Shown in pieces: positions 1-9,400 of a stretch of 24,000 bases of DNA. The DNA is taken from assembly GCA_022712915.1 (NCBI GenBank), contig JAFLJQ010000020.1, forward strand, positions 17,025 through 41,024, read 5' to 3'. Numbering within the stretch: position 1 is the stretch's first letter; each line of letters starts with the position of its first letter. Both the position numbers and the translations under genes were made by a program. The notes under the pieces are model-generated. The model saw only the letters and a program-made list of their open reading frames with translations. It was not told the DNA's origin and made no database searches. The DNA comes from Gammaproteobacteria bacterium. Lineage in GTDB: Bacteria > Pseudomonadota > Gammaproteobacteria > UBA6429 > Thiohalophilaceae.

Positions 1-181
1 AAAATACAACCTCATTGATCCTCATCAACACGACTGATAATGATCTTTGCTAAAATATTATGTGCAGCTATACAGCATGATCTTGTAACGTGACTAACAA
101 TTATATGTCCTGGAATCACTATATTGCTTTGACCGTCAACACAGCTGTACCACACATGGCTACTTATTTAATACTTGGTAA

Positions 182-1342
182 TTAACAATGAGTAAAGATT
201 AACGGCACATACATTTCATTGGTGCTTGTCCCACCGTGCACGCCTATATGAGAAAAAGGCTGTTCACCAAGTAGCCGGTCTTTAAATACATAATTTTTTT
301 TCATGATCAGCGTGTAATGACCAATACGCTCATACAAATTCGGATGGGCCAGCCCCATACCAAAGTATTCTTCATCAACAAGTGTGCTACTGAGTTTTAA
401 TTCAGCACAATCGGCAAGTTCAGTCTTAACATAATCTGTGAACTGCTGCTGCTTGTCCGGATGCACATAACAATATGCTACCCGAGGTTCTCCACATAAT
501 GGCAATACCAGAGAATCCTGCATCACAGGATGATCACTTAGCTGTAGAACTCTGGCGCTGTCAGTATCAATAAAACCATGATCAGCTGTCACAACCACGG
601 CGGTATTTGTGCCATCAACCGCGGTTAGCAGTTTCTCGAATGCTTCATCCAGTTCAGCAAAATGTGCATTAACCCGTGAACTATTACAACCAAAGTCATG
701 GGAATGACGGTCAAAATCGGGCCAGTAGGCATAGATATATTTTGGCTGTTGTGAACTTTTAACAATATCTTCAACATTTTTAAAACACTGAGATAATGTA
801 TTGTAACCTTTTAACAAAGCGCTCCCGGAGTGAGCAATATTATAGTCAGAGTGAATAATCCACTCGGGTACCACAACATAGGCAGGCCGATCAATCAAAT
901 CAAACATAGACGTATGCCCATATAATCGACGGACATCAATACGTTCACTATCAAAACCAAGGCATCCGACCCTTGGGCGAAACGGTAAAACGGCGGTGAC
1001 ACAACCCAATTTTTTCAAATAAACATGCCAACCCGTCAAAGCATGCTGCTGGGGTGCCTGTCCGGTCATAAATGTAGTTATTGCTGAGGCAGTCGTAGAA
1101 GGAAAAACGGACGTAATTCGTGATTTAAGATGATGATGAAAGACACTACCTTTACCTTGATTAATCAGGTATTCATAACCCAGGCCATCAATAACAAACA
1201 GTATAATATTTCTATATTGACTTACTTCATCAGGTGACAAACTTGTTAAAACTGGATAATCATTAATCGGCACCCCCATAGCCCGCCCCAGACTGGACAT
1301 TAAATTGACAAGGCTATTGCCTTGATAATCTGGTAAAGGCAT
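182..1342 (-). CDS. alkaline-phosphatase superfamily protein (type I phosphodiesterase / nucleotide pyrophosphatase-like)
   Basis: Long ORF from the track. AP-superfamily metal-site motifs are visible: FVIDGLGYEY near the N-terminus, VVVTADHGF, and GVHGGTS near the C-terminus. The track start at 1351 is GTG. The ATG at 1342 has GGGGAG 8 nt upstream, so 1342 is preferred. Confidence 0.75.
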   Translation of the reverse strand: MPLPDYQGNSLVNLMSSLGRAMGVPINDYPVLTSLSPDEVSQYRNIILFVIDGLGYEYLINQGKGSVFHHHLKSRITSVFPSTTASAITTFMTGQAPQQHALTGWHVYLKKLGCVTAVLPFRPRVGCLGFDSERIDVRRLYGHTSMFDLIDRPAYVVVPEWIIHSDYNIAHSGSALLKGYNTLSQCFKNVEDIVKSSQQPKYIYAYWPDFDRHSHDFGCNSSRVNAHFAELDEAFEKLLTAVDGTNTAVVVTADHGFIDTDSARVLQLSDHPVMQDSLVLPLCGEPRVAYCYVHPDKQQQFTDYVKTELADCAELKLSSTLVDEEYFGMGLAHPNLYERIGHYTLIMKKNYVFKDRLLGEQPFSHIGVHGGTSTNEMYVPLIFTHC

Positions 1343-1682
1343 AAAAATCACTCCCCTTCAGGGCTATTCTTAACTATCTTGGCAAAGTTCCCTCTAATAC
1401 GCCACCAACAACAGTCAAAATATGTTCAAACTATTTAACATAATAGTTTGCGTAGAGGTTTATGCTAATTTCTGCCACATTTGACATTCTGTCTATTACT
1501 TGCTCAAGATTGAACTGATCTGGATTATCTATACTTTGTGCAAAAAGGTATTTATTCTGTTGCATAGTTTGATAACAAGCATCCCGCTCCTGTATACAAA
1601 TCGCCCATGGTTAAAGTTTGTTTAATCCAAACCTCAATACGACAATCCGCTCTCGTTTACTTTGATCCCCATTTTATCAAAA

Positions 1683-1719
1683 CATTAAAAAACCTGCCTT
1701 AATATCATTCAAGGCAGGT
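1683..1719 (-). terminator. rho-independent terminator downstream of the HPF-like gene
   Basis: 9-bp stem ACCTGCCTT (1692-1700) / AAGGCAGGT (1711-1719) with a 10-nt loop. Read on the minus strand, the hairpin is followed by TTTTTTAATGTTTT. It lies 43 nt past the stop at 1762. Confidence 0.7.
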
Positions 1720-1761
1720 TTCGATAAATCTAGTACTTTTTAAATCTACCCTAACAAATAA

Positions 1762-2160
1762 TTAATCTGCAATATCCACTGCTTCGTTAACTACCGACAG
1801 GCTAGTACGAAAATTTTGTTGATGCTGTTTGTCCATGCCCTGCTTTTGCACCACATAATCCCCCAGTTGACGACGCACGGCATTAAAGGCATCACGCACA
1901 GTAACATAAATATCTTCATGAGCATGATTTAGACCTGGATCACGACTAACAACAATCTCACTGCCCGGCACGGTTAAATCAATCCGAACCTGGTAGGTTG
2001 AACCCTTGTAATGGTGTTTATGGGGTGCATCCACAGTAATTCGACAGGCCAAAATGTTATCGGTGATTTTTTCCAGTTTTTCAGCCCGCTCTCGGATTTT
2101 TGCTTCTACTGCTTCTGAGGGTGGGATGTTGCGAAATATGATTTGTATTGGTTGCTGCAT
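1762..2160 (-). CDS. HPF/RaiA-family ribosome-associated protein (sigma-54 modulation protein family)
   Basis: 132 aa. The pattern IFRN...AVEAKIRERAEKLEK...CRITVDAPHKHHYKG..YQVRIDLTVPG.EIVV..D....HAHEDIYV.VRDAF is typical of the short proteobacterial HPF/RaiA group. There is a perfect SD (AAGGAGG) 5 nt upstream of the ATG. Confidence 0.8.
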   Translation of the reverse strand: MQQPIQIIFRNIPPSEAVEAKIRERAEKLEKITDNILACRITVDAPHKHHYKGSTYQVRIDLTVPGSEIVVSRDPGLNHAHEDIYVTVRDAFNAVRRQLGDYVVQKQGMDKQHQQNFRTSLSVVNEAVDIAD

Positions 2161-2212
2161 ACGATCCTCCTTTTTAATTCACTTTAAGACTATCGCTATA
2201 AACTGATAATGC

Positions 2213-2749
2213 TCATTGATCTGGATCAACTGACCCGGCTGCGCGAAATAAACCAATCAGGGTTTTGGCATCAACAATTTTTCCATTTTTTGCCCAATTC
2301 AAGGCTTGTTCAAAATCAACCCATTCAATTTCTATCTGCTCTTCCTCTTCATGCATGACCGCTGTGTGCGTAATATCTTGAGCCAGATAAAGATAAATAA
2401 CCTCCTTGAAGATACCGGGAGAGGTAAGAATCTTACCCAGATCATGCCATTGCTTTGCGCTAACCCCCGCTTCCTCGACCAACTCGCGCTGAGCCGTCAC
2501 TAAAGGGGCTTCATCCTGTTCAATTTTCCCAGCAGGCAACTCCCACAACCACTGTTCTGCTACATGACGATATTGGCGTAATAAACAGACACGACCCTGC
2601 CCATCCAAAACCACCACAGCAGCACCACCCGGGTGTTGAATCATCTCCAATTCGAACTGATGGCCATTCGGTAATGTTACCGTCTCAACATCGACCGAAA
2701 TAACCCGACCAGTAAATTTACGATTCATATTTTCAGAATCCGAATCCAT
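2213..2749 (-). CDS. NUDIX hydrolase, ADP-ribose pyrophosphatase-like
   Basis: Nudix box GKIEQDEAPLVTAQRELVEEAGV (G-x5-E-x7-REUxEExGU). The overall layout resembles NudF. The start lies only 8 nt after the stop of the upstream OMP gene. Confidence 0.85.
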   Translation of the reverse strand: MDSDSENMNRKFTGRVISVDVETVTLPNGHQFELEMIQHPGGAAVVVLDGQGRVCLLRQYRHVAEQWLWELPAGKIEQDEAPLVTAQRELVEEAGVSAKQWHDLGKILTSPGIFKEVIYLYLAQDITHTAVMHEEEEQIEIEWVDFEQALNWAKNGKIVDAKTLIGLFRAAGSVDPDQ

Positions 2750-2757
2750 ATCGATTA

Positions 2758-3740
2758 TTAAAATTGAAAGTCAAACCCTGCCACAACACCATCACGGTGT
2801 GTTTTAAAATTCATGAGATCGGCTGAAGAAGAACCGCCACTTGCGCCATAAAAGGTAATTGTCTGGTTTTTTACCGAGCGCTCCCAAACACGATAACCCA
2901 AATGGAGTGAAATATTTTCAGCAAGATGATATTGCAATGTTGCCGCCAAATCATAACCTGTACCATTACCCGTCATTTTGATACTGGGATCCTGAGCCAA
3001 ATCACTGCGTAGATGATGTATATCTTCATTGACCAACCTCATAATGGGATAATAGGTAACATCAAGCTTCAAGATAAAATTTTCGCTAAAATTAAATAAA
3101 CTGTCCATCACAATGCCGACCCCTGTCCATTCAACTTTATTGGTAATAACAGTAACACCGGATAAAACAGAGGATCCTGCCGGTAAGCAACCAACATCAG
3201 GAACCAATGGTACTGTACACTCAATAGACCTTACACCTGTCGCAATATATTCCTCTTGCCATCGATGCAGACCCAGGCTAAAACGAATATCCGCCTGCGA
3301 GGTATTGATCATAAAATCCTTTGGCGAAAACTCCCCTTTAAAATAAAACAGGCCACTGCCATCAATGTCACTGTGCGTTCGTGAAAAACGGTGCGCGCCA
3401 CTTTGTGTCGCACCGTAATTTATTGCACCACTGGCACTAAAATAATCATCATCAACCAGCGTACCGTCATCAATGTCACCCGTACCCATAGTAAATCTCA
3501 GGCCATGACCTGTCGGTAAATGAGTAAATATGACAACCTCTCTGACTTGACTATCGATCCCCTGATAATCCAGCTCAGACGTTGGTCTACCATAAAGATA
3601 GTGCTGAGTATCATGCCGCCACTTTGTTTGCCCCTGACTCACCCAGATATTAAAAGTGAACGTCATATCCTCTTGCGCGAGAAGCCGCCCTGGCCCAATA
3701 GATGTTATAACGATCAATAAAAAAAAACGTATTTTTTCAT
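2758..3740 (-). CDS. outer-membrane beta-barrel protein, omptin-like; 5' end disrupted or ambiguous at a T9 tract
   Basis: C-terminal GFDFQF (aromatic terminal residue) and alternating amphipathic beta-strand pattern. By-eye similarity to OmpT blocks: VDDDY vs VDQDW, NEDIHH vs DNDEHY, LGYRVWER vs VEGAWNR. The track ORF runs to ATG 3795, but the canonical start with SD (ATG 3740) is one frame off. See findings. Confidence 0.7.
3719..3727. repeat. A9/T9 homopolymer tract inside the 5' end of the OMP gene
   Basis: Counted directly: aa at 3719-3720 plus aaaaaaa at 3721-3727. It lies 11 nt downstream (minus strand) of ATG 3740. Confidence 0.9.
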
Positions 3741-3859
3741 CCCTTTCCCCACAAATTATTAATCTGAGTATAATCCATGGCATCCACATTACCATGTCAA
3801 GGACAAGGATTTGTTTTCATTCATATCAAATAGACAAGCCCGTATTCAGGAAATAATTT

Positions 3860-4246
3860 ATGCGACTATTACACACCATGATTCGAGTCGGTGATCTACA
3901 GCAATCGATTGCTTTTTATACTGAAGTACTCGGCATGAGGCTGTTACGCCAGAAGGACTATCCCGAAGGAAAGTTCACCCTAGCCTTTGTCGGTTATGGT
4001 GATGAGTCTGATCACAGTGTCATTGAACTGACCCATAACTGGGATACAAAAAAATATGAAATCGGCACAGCCTTTGGGCACCTTGCCCTGGAAGTTGATG
4101 ATGTTTATCAGGCAACCGATAAAATACGTCAACAAGGAGGCAAGGTCATTCGTGATGCCGGTCCGATGAATGCTGGTTCAACCATTATTGCCTTTATCGA
4201 AGATCCCGACGGCTATCAGATCGAGTTAATAGGCAAAAAAATCTAA
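3860..4246 (+). CDS. gloA: lactoylglutathione lyase (glyoxalase I)
   Basis: 128 aa. [38 protein letters not shown]...VIELTHNW....YE.G.AFGH.A..VDD and [14 protein letters not shown] match Ni-type GloA end to end. Confidence 0.95.
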   Translation: MRLLHTMIRVGDLQQSIAFYTEVLGMRLLRQKDYPEGKFTLAFVGYGDESDHSVIELTHNWDTKKYEIGTAFGHLALEVDDVYQATDKIRQQGGKVIRDAGPMNAGSTIIAFIEDPDGYQIELIGKKI

Positions 4247-4593
4247 GTGTATTCTGTATATTTCTTTGAACTGCCTTTGACTTTTTCAACGGGATATTTT
4301 TGTTCATTGATGGCGATCTTTTTTTCTACCGCATCCAGCAAATCAATATCCAGACGCTCGGCAAGGCGCAAACTATAGATAAAAATATCGGCTAGCTCAA
4401 AAGCCACTTGCTGTAGTTTATCCGCTTCCAATTGCTTGCTCTGCTGTTCCGTTAACCACTGAAAATGCTCCACCAGTTCTGCGGCCTCAACAATCAGGGC
4501 CATAGCCAGATTTTTAGGCGCGTGGAACTGTTCCCAATCCCGATCGACTGCAAACTGTTTGAGGCGTTGTTGCAACTGATCAATTTTATTCAT
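4243..4593 (-). CDS. MazG-like nucleotide pyrophosphohydrolase
   Basis: [42 protein letters not shown] and [16 protein letters not shown] show the small all-alpha MazG/dCTPase-like pattern. I start at ATG 4593 because the longer track ORF (to 4782) runs through a terminator hairpin. Confidence 0.85.
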   Translation of the reverse strand: MNKIDQLQQRLKQFAVDRDWEQFHAPKNLAMALIVEAAELVEHFQWLTEQQSKQLEADKLQQVAFELADIFIYSLRLAERLDIDLLDAVEKKIAINEQKYPVEKVKGSSKKYTEYT

Positions 4594-4625
4594 AATGGCA
4601 GCCCCTGTGTGCATCCTCCACAAAA

Positions 4626-4655
4626 TAAAAAAGCCCGGCAGAGCGGGCTTTTTTA
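4626..4655 (-). terminator. bidirectional-looking rho-independent terminator
   Basis: Stem AGCCCG (4632-4637) / CGGGCT (4644-4649) with loop GCAGAG. It is flanked by an A-run on the left and TTTTTT on the right, so a U-tract follows on either strand. It lies 24 nt past the stop of the 71-aa ORF. Confidence 0.75.
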
Positions 4656-4678
4656 ACTCTATTAAAATGACTACTGGT

Positions 4679-4894
4679 TCAGTGTACACCAATCTGTGTT
4701 GTTTCCTGAGCATGACGATGCAATTCCAGGCAAGACCAGGACATGTAATCAACAATCTGTCGACTGCCATCCAGATACTCAATCACCACACTTGATGGCT
4801 GGGTGTCCACATACATCAGCATTTTCACCTTGAGTAACTTACCTGTCTTGTTCATATACCAGTTACCTACGACTGGCTGGTGATTCATAAACAT
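4679..4894 (-). CDS. small conserved-looking hypothetical protein (71 aa)
   Basis: GGGAGG lies 10 nt upstream of the ATG, and a strong terminator follows immediately downstream. The sequence is beta-rich (VGNWYMNKTGKLLKVKMLMYVD...VVIEYLDGSRQIVDYMSW). I cannot assign a family with confidence. Confidence 0.5.
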   Translation of the reverse strand: MFMNHQPVVGNWYMNKTGKLLKVKMLMYVDTQPSSVVIEYLDGSRQIVDYMSWSCLELHRHAQETTQIGVH

Positions 4895-5028
4895 CTCAAT
4901 CGAACCTCCCGATTTTTATTTTGCCCCGTAGACTCACTCCCCATAAGGTTAGTCTACCAGATCTCAGTCAATTAACAACAATTATTTTACGGTTAATAAG
5001 GCCGAATATCCGAGTGCAATGCTAAGGT

Positions 5029-6708
5029 TTATTCGTCTGTTACACAACCTTGCGAAGCGTTTTTTACATTTTTAATGTATTTGTACAACGTACCACGATT
5101 AGCCTTATAAGCTGGCATTTCCCAACTTGCCTTGCGGCTGGCAAGCTCCTCGTTACTGATGTTAACCGACAAATTTTGCCGTTCCGCGTCAATGGTAATC
5201 TCGTCACCATCCCGAATCAGGCCTATCGGGCCACCTTCCTGTGCCTCCGGTACAACATGGCCAATGATAAACCCATGTGAACCACCAGAAAAGCGCCCAT
5301 CCGTGATCAAAGCCACATAATCGCCTAAACCAGCGCCCATAATGGCCGAGGTCGGGGTCAGCATTTCAGGCATACCTGGGCCCCCTTTGGGGCCTTCATA
5401 GCGAATCACCACCACGTCACCCTTAACAATTTTCTTCTGTTCCAGGGCTGCCAGCATATCTTCTTCACAATCGTAAACCTTGGCAGGGCCGACAAAATGC
5501 ATACCTTCTTTGCCCGTAATCTTGGCCACAGCCCCTTCAGGTGCAAGGTTACCTTTGAGGATCTGAATGTGCCCCGATGACTTAATCGGTTTATTCAGGG
5601 GCATAATGACATCCTGCCCTTCAGTCAAACCCGGCAGGGATGCAAGATTTTCGGCAATAGTCTTGCCGGTAACGGTCATACAGTCACCCGTAATCAGACC
5701 TTCCTGCAACAGGTATTTCATGACGGCCGGGGTACCACCAACATTATGCAAATCTTCCATCACGTAACGGCCACTCGGTTTAAGATCAGCAATGAACGGA
5801 ATACGATTACTCACAGCCTGAAAATCATCAAGACTCAACGCCACATCCACAGAACGGGCCATGGCAAGCAGATGCAGCACTGCATTAGTCGAACCGCCTG
5901 TAGCCATGATGATCACCATGGCATTTTCAAATGCCGCACGGATCATGATGTCGCGCGGCTTAATGTCATTTTCCAATAAATGACGAATAGCCGCACCCGC
6001 CCGGATGCACTCATCAAGCTTACCCTGATCGACTGCCGGGGTGGATGAACTATATGGCAGGCTCATGCCCATGGCCTCAATGGCCGTGGCCATGGTGTTA
6101 GCGGTATACATACCACCGCAAGCGCCCGCACCGGGGCAGGCCTTCTCAACGATACCCTGACGTTCGTCTTCTTCAATTTTACCAGCAAGAAACTGACCGT
6201 AGCTCTGAAAGGCCGAAACGATATCAAGTGGTTTATCTTTCAGATGACCGGGTTTGATTGTGCCACCATAAACCATTAATGCAGGCCGGTTAAGACGACC
6301 CATGGCGATCAGCACGCCGGGCATGTTCTTATCACAGCCAGGGATAGCAATCAGGCCATCATACCATTGACCCCCCATCACTGTTTCCACCGAGTCAGCA
6401 ATAATATCGCGCGACTGGAGTGAATAACTCATACCATCGGTTCCCATGGAAATGCCATCGGAGACACCAATCGTATTGAATCGCATACCGACCAGATCAG
6501 CGGCTTTTACCCCTTCTTTAACCTTGGCCGCCAGATCATTGAGATGCATATTGCAGGTATTCCCTTCCCACCAAACACTGGCAATACCAATCTCCGCTTT
6601 CGACATGTCCTCTCGCGATAAACCTGTACCGTACAACATGGCCTGGGAGGCCCCTTGGGATTTGGGTTCGGTAATGCGAGAACTAAATTTATTTAACTTC
6701 TTAGCCAT
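5029..6708 (-). CDS. ilvD: dihydroxy-acid dehydratase
   Basis: Full-length match to short-form IlvD: [47 protein letters not shown]. The start is taken at [13 protein letters not shown] (ATG 6708) rather than the track start at 6735. Confidence 0.95.
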   Translation of the reverse strand: MAKKLNKFSSRITEPKSQGASQAMLYGTGLSREDMSKAEIGIASVWWEGNTCNMHLNDLAAKVKEGVKAADLVGMRFNTIGVSDGISMGTDGMSYSLQSRDIIADSVETVMGGQWYDGLIAIPGCDKNMPGVLIAMGRLNRPALMVYGGTIKPGHLKDKPLDIVSAFQSYGQFLAGKIEEDERQGIVEKACPGAGACGGMYTANTMATAIEAMGMSLPYSSSTPAVDQGKLDECIRAGAAIRHLLENDIKPRDIMIRAAFENAMVIIMATGGSTNAVLHLLAMARSVDVALSLDDFQAVSNRIPFIADLKPSGRYVMEDLHNVGGTPAVMKYLLQEGLITGDCMTVTGKTIAENLASLPGLTEGQDVIMPLNKPIKSSGHIQILKGNLAPEGAVAKITGKEGMHFVGPAKVYDCEEDMLAALEQKKIVKGDVVVIRYEGPKGGPGMPEMLTPTSAIMGAGLGDYVALITDGRFSGGSHGFIIGHVVPEAQEGGPIGLIRDGDEITIDAERQNLSVNISNEELASRKASWEMPAYKANRGTLYKYIKNVKNASQGCVTDE

Positions 6709-7028
6709 TTTACTGGGTACTCCATAAATGTACATTTAGTCAGTCATACAACAAATAATATGCATGACGTAATTAACAAAACTGCGCAAACAATACTTCA
6801 CCTTTTCTTTGTTATGGTAATATGTAAAATAAAGAGAGGGAAGGGAAGTATAAAACAACTTGTGAGTGAACAACTAAAAAGCATATTGCATTTCACATTT
6901 TAACGTATCAAGTTCATTCACGAAAAGCCGATAAACTGATTAAGTTACTAGCAACAATTCAATTAGCCTAGAAAATTCAATTGATTAGGCATGCTTCAAA
7001 CCCCTTGCAAGTAAAACATGGGAAAATA

Positions 7029-9038
7029 ATGAAGAAAATAGATCTGGACAGGAAGTACAGTTTTTTTGCCAGTTTGCTGCTCGGGCTCTCTCTGCTGACT
7101 CAAAACATGGCCATGGCCTATGACAAACAAACCTTTGCCCAGCAGCGAAAAGACTTTATTGCCGCCGAAAAAGCCCTTAAATTGGGCCAAACAACACGAT
7201 ATAAAAAAATCGCTGCCAAATTAGAGAATTACCCACTATATCCCTACTTGAAATATAAAGAGATACGCAAACAAATCAATCACGTTGATAACGACAAAAT
7301 TCAGAACTTTTTGGTGGAAAATAATAATTCACCCATCGCCGCCCAGCTCCGTCATGCTTGGCTACGCAAATTGGCCAGACGCCAGCAATGGCAAACCCTC
7401 ACCGAAAATTATTATCTAGTTAAAGACACACGTTTGCACTGTCACTACGCCCGAGCCTTATTTGAAACCAATGATGAGCGGGCCGTAAATGTCGCCAAGG
7501 AACTCTGGCTAACAGGCAAATCCCTACCCTCCAGTTGTGATTACAGTTTCAACCGGCTGCATGAAGCCGGCATTCTGAATAACGACATGATATGGCAACG
7601 TATTCAACTTACCATCTATGCTGGCCAGAGCCGCCTGGCCCGTTACCTGGCTAAGAAATTACCTGCCAGGGATCGCAAACTCTTGAATATGTGGCTCAAG
7701 ATTCGCCGTCAACCCCAATTGTTAGAGAAGGCATATGATCTGGACCCTAACTATCGCCCTCAAGTGTTTCGCTGGATCATCGTCGACGGAATACGCAGCC
7801 TGGCCCGCCGAAATACACTGGAAGCCACACGCATCTGGATAGATATTCGTGATGATTATCCATTTCCAGCAGAGGATCACCAGCGTGTGGAACGCCGTCT
7901 GATCTACAGACTTTCACATAACAAAGACGAACAGGCGCAGTACCTGCTAAAAGAGTTAACCCCGGAAATCCCCAATGCCCGCATGCATACCTACTACACC
8001 CTGTCAGCCCTACAGGATCAGGACTGGAAATCAGCCCTGATCTGGATGAGCAAACTCGATCCCATTGAACAGCAAATACCTCGCTGGCGTTACTGGCGAG
8101 CCCGTGCCCTCGAAGCCATGGGCCACCTGGAAGAGGCCCGAGGTTTATATTTGTTAATAGCCAATGATCGAAATTACTATAGCTTCCTGGCATCGGATCG
8201 CTCCGGCCTGTCCTACCAAATGGAAAATCGCCCGGTACAATATAATAGTGAGAATTTAGCCGGCCTGAAAAAGGTCCCCCCCCTGTTGCGCGCTGTTGAA
8301 CTGTTCTTCATGAAACGGATCGTAGAAGGTCGTCGTGAATGGAATTTTGCCCTTCGACAAATGGACAAAGAACAATTACTCAAAGCTTCAAAACTAGCCC
8401 ATCAACTGGGTTGGTATGACCGGGCAATTGTCACAATGGCACAGGCACGTTACTGGGATGATCTGGAACTACGTTTCCCACTAGCCCACCAGGATCTAGT
8501 CCTCAAGCACGCTAAACGCCAAAACATCAATCCAGCCTGGGCCTTTGCCATCATCCGTCAGGAGAGCGCCTTCACCCCCGATGCCCGTTCTCATGCCGGT
8601 GCTATGGGGCTAATGCAGTTGATGCCCGGTACCGCCCGTCAAGTAGCTCGCGGCTTAAAAATTCGCAAACCTCGTCGACATGATCTTATCAATATCAAGA
8701 CCAATGTACGCCTGGGTGTCCGGTATCTAAAAAAGGTTCGTGATAGATTTAATGGCAATCCAGTTCTGGCCACCGCCGCGTATAATGCCGGCGGCTCCCG
8801 GGTCAAACGATGGCTACCAAAGGCCGGCTCTGTACCCGCCGACCTGTGGGTGGAGCAGGTACCCTTCAGTGAAACTCAGGATTACCTGAAACGGGTACTG
8901 GTCTATACCATTATCTATGAGCAACGTCTGGGCCTGGAAAGTGAAACCCTGCTAAAACGTATGGTTCCCATCCTTGGCAAACAGCCCCTCGTTTTGTCGC
9001 AGCATGAAAAGGGGAAGAAATCTATCCCAGATGTATAA
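7029..9038 (+). CDS. slt: soluble lytic murein transglycosylase (Slt70-like)
   Basis: C-terminal SLT domain AIIRQESAFTPDARSHAGAMGLMQLMPGTA ... AAYNAGGSRV, with a long alpha-superhelical N-terminal region. The signal peptide MKKIDLDRKYSFFASLLLGLSLLTQNMAMA begins at ATG 7029. The track start at 6981 is TTG. Confidence 0.9.
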   Translation: MKKIDLDRKYSFFASLLLGLSLLTQNMAMAYDKQTFAQQRKDFIAAEKALKLGQTTRYKKIAAKLENYPLYPYLKYKEIRKQINHVDNDKIQNFLVENNNSPIAAQLRHAWLRKLARRQQWQTLTENYYLVKDTRLHCHYARALFETNDERAVNVAKELWLTGKSLPSSCDYSFNRLHEAGILNNDMIWQRIQLTIYAGQSRLARYLAKKLPARDRKLLNMWLKIRRQPQLLEKAYDLDPNYRPQVFRWIIVDGIRSLARRNTLEATRIWIDIRDDYPFPAEDHQRVERRLIYRLSHNKDEQAQYLLKELTPEIPNARMHTYYTLSALQDQDWKSALIWMSKLDPIEQQIPRWRYWRARALEAMGHLEEARGLYLLIANDRNYYSFLASDRSGLSYQMENRPVQYNSENLAGLKKVPPLLRAVELFFMKRIVEGRREWNFALRQMDKEQLLKASKLAHQLGWYDRAIVTMAQARYWDDLELRFPLAHQDLVLKHAKRQNINPAWAFAIIRQESAFTPDARSHAGAMGLMQLMPGTARQVARGLKIRKPRRHDLINIKTNVRLGVRYLKKVRDRFNGNPVLATAAYNAGGSRVKRWLPKAGSVPADLWVEQVPFSETQDYLKRVLVYTIIYEQRLGLESETLLKRMVPILGKQPLVLSQHEKGKKSIPDV

Positions 9039-9163
9039 AAGATTGATCGCTGCGATAACACTGCATCACAACACTTTATTCAATCAATATGAGAAAACCC
9101 TAAAAAGCCTTTATTTCAGACTGATAATAAAAAAGCTCTAATAGCATTTCAGGATACCCGAGT

Positions 9164-9325
9164 ATGTCTTATCTGATCCTACTAATGACCTTGACACTAA
9201 TACTTGCCTTGGCATTTCACTTAAAACACCAGTTACGCAAGACCGCCCCGGTTCGACAAGCACTACACGAAGCCCGCACCAATAAAGTACTAACCGATCT
9301 GCATTCATTGCAGGAGGAAAAATGA
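9164..9325 (+). CDS. possible small single-pass membrane protein (53 aa), below the ORF-track cutoff
   Basis: Hand translation: MSYLILLMTLTLILALAFHLKHQLRKTAPVRQALHEARTNKVLTDLHSLQEEK. There is one clear hydrophobic helix followed by a basic segment. AGGA lies 9 nt upstream of the ATG. No homology evidence is available to me. Confidence 0.3.
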   Translation: MSYLILLMTLTLILALAFHLKHQLRKTAPVRQALHEARTNKVLTDLHSLQEEK

Positions 9326-9400
9326 TAAAGGATATACCGGGTGAACCTAAGCCCCTCCCGGTGTTTAAAGGACATCAACAAAAATTATATAAAACTTCCA

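Noticed and set aside
1489-1506. Pho-box-like CTGTCTATTACTTGCTCA near the AP-superfamily gene
   Set aside because: The second repeat is poor, and the orientation points away from the phosphodiesterase gene (plus strand, whereas the gene is on the minus strand).
1431-1565. 44-codon minus-strand ORF (MQQNKYLFAQSIDNPDQFNLEQVIDRMSNVAEISINLYANYYVK) in the 410-bp spacer upstream of the phosphodiesterase gene
   Set aside because: It has no Shine-Dalgarno, no recognisable family and is AT-rich. It cannot be distinguished from chance without comparative data.
4594-4782. 63-aa N-terminal extension of the MazG-like ORF in the six-frame track
   Set aside because: It runs through a rho-independent terminator and overlaps the 3' end of the upstream 71-aa gene. 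The homology starts only at ATG 4593.
4928-4958. Hairpin GTAGACT-N16-AGTCTAC downstream of ilvD
   Set aside because: The loop is large and no U-tract follows on the minus strand, so this is insufficient for a terminator call.
7777-8193. 138-aa ORF antisense to slt
   Set aside because: It lies entirely inside a well-supported gene on the opposite strand. The sequence is low-complexity and Gly/Pro/Arg/Cys-rich, typical of antisense frames. It has no SD.
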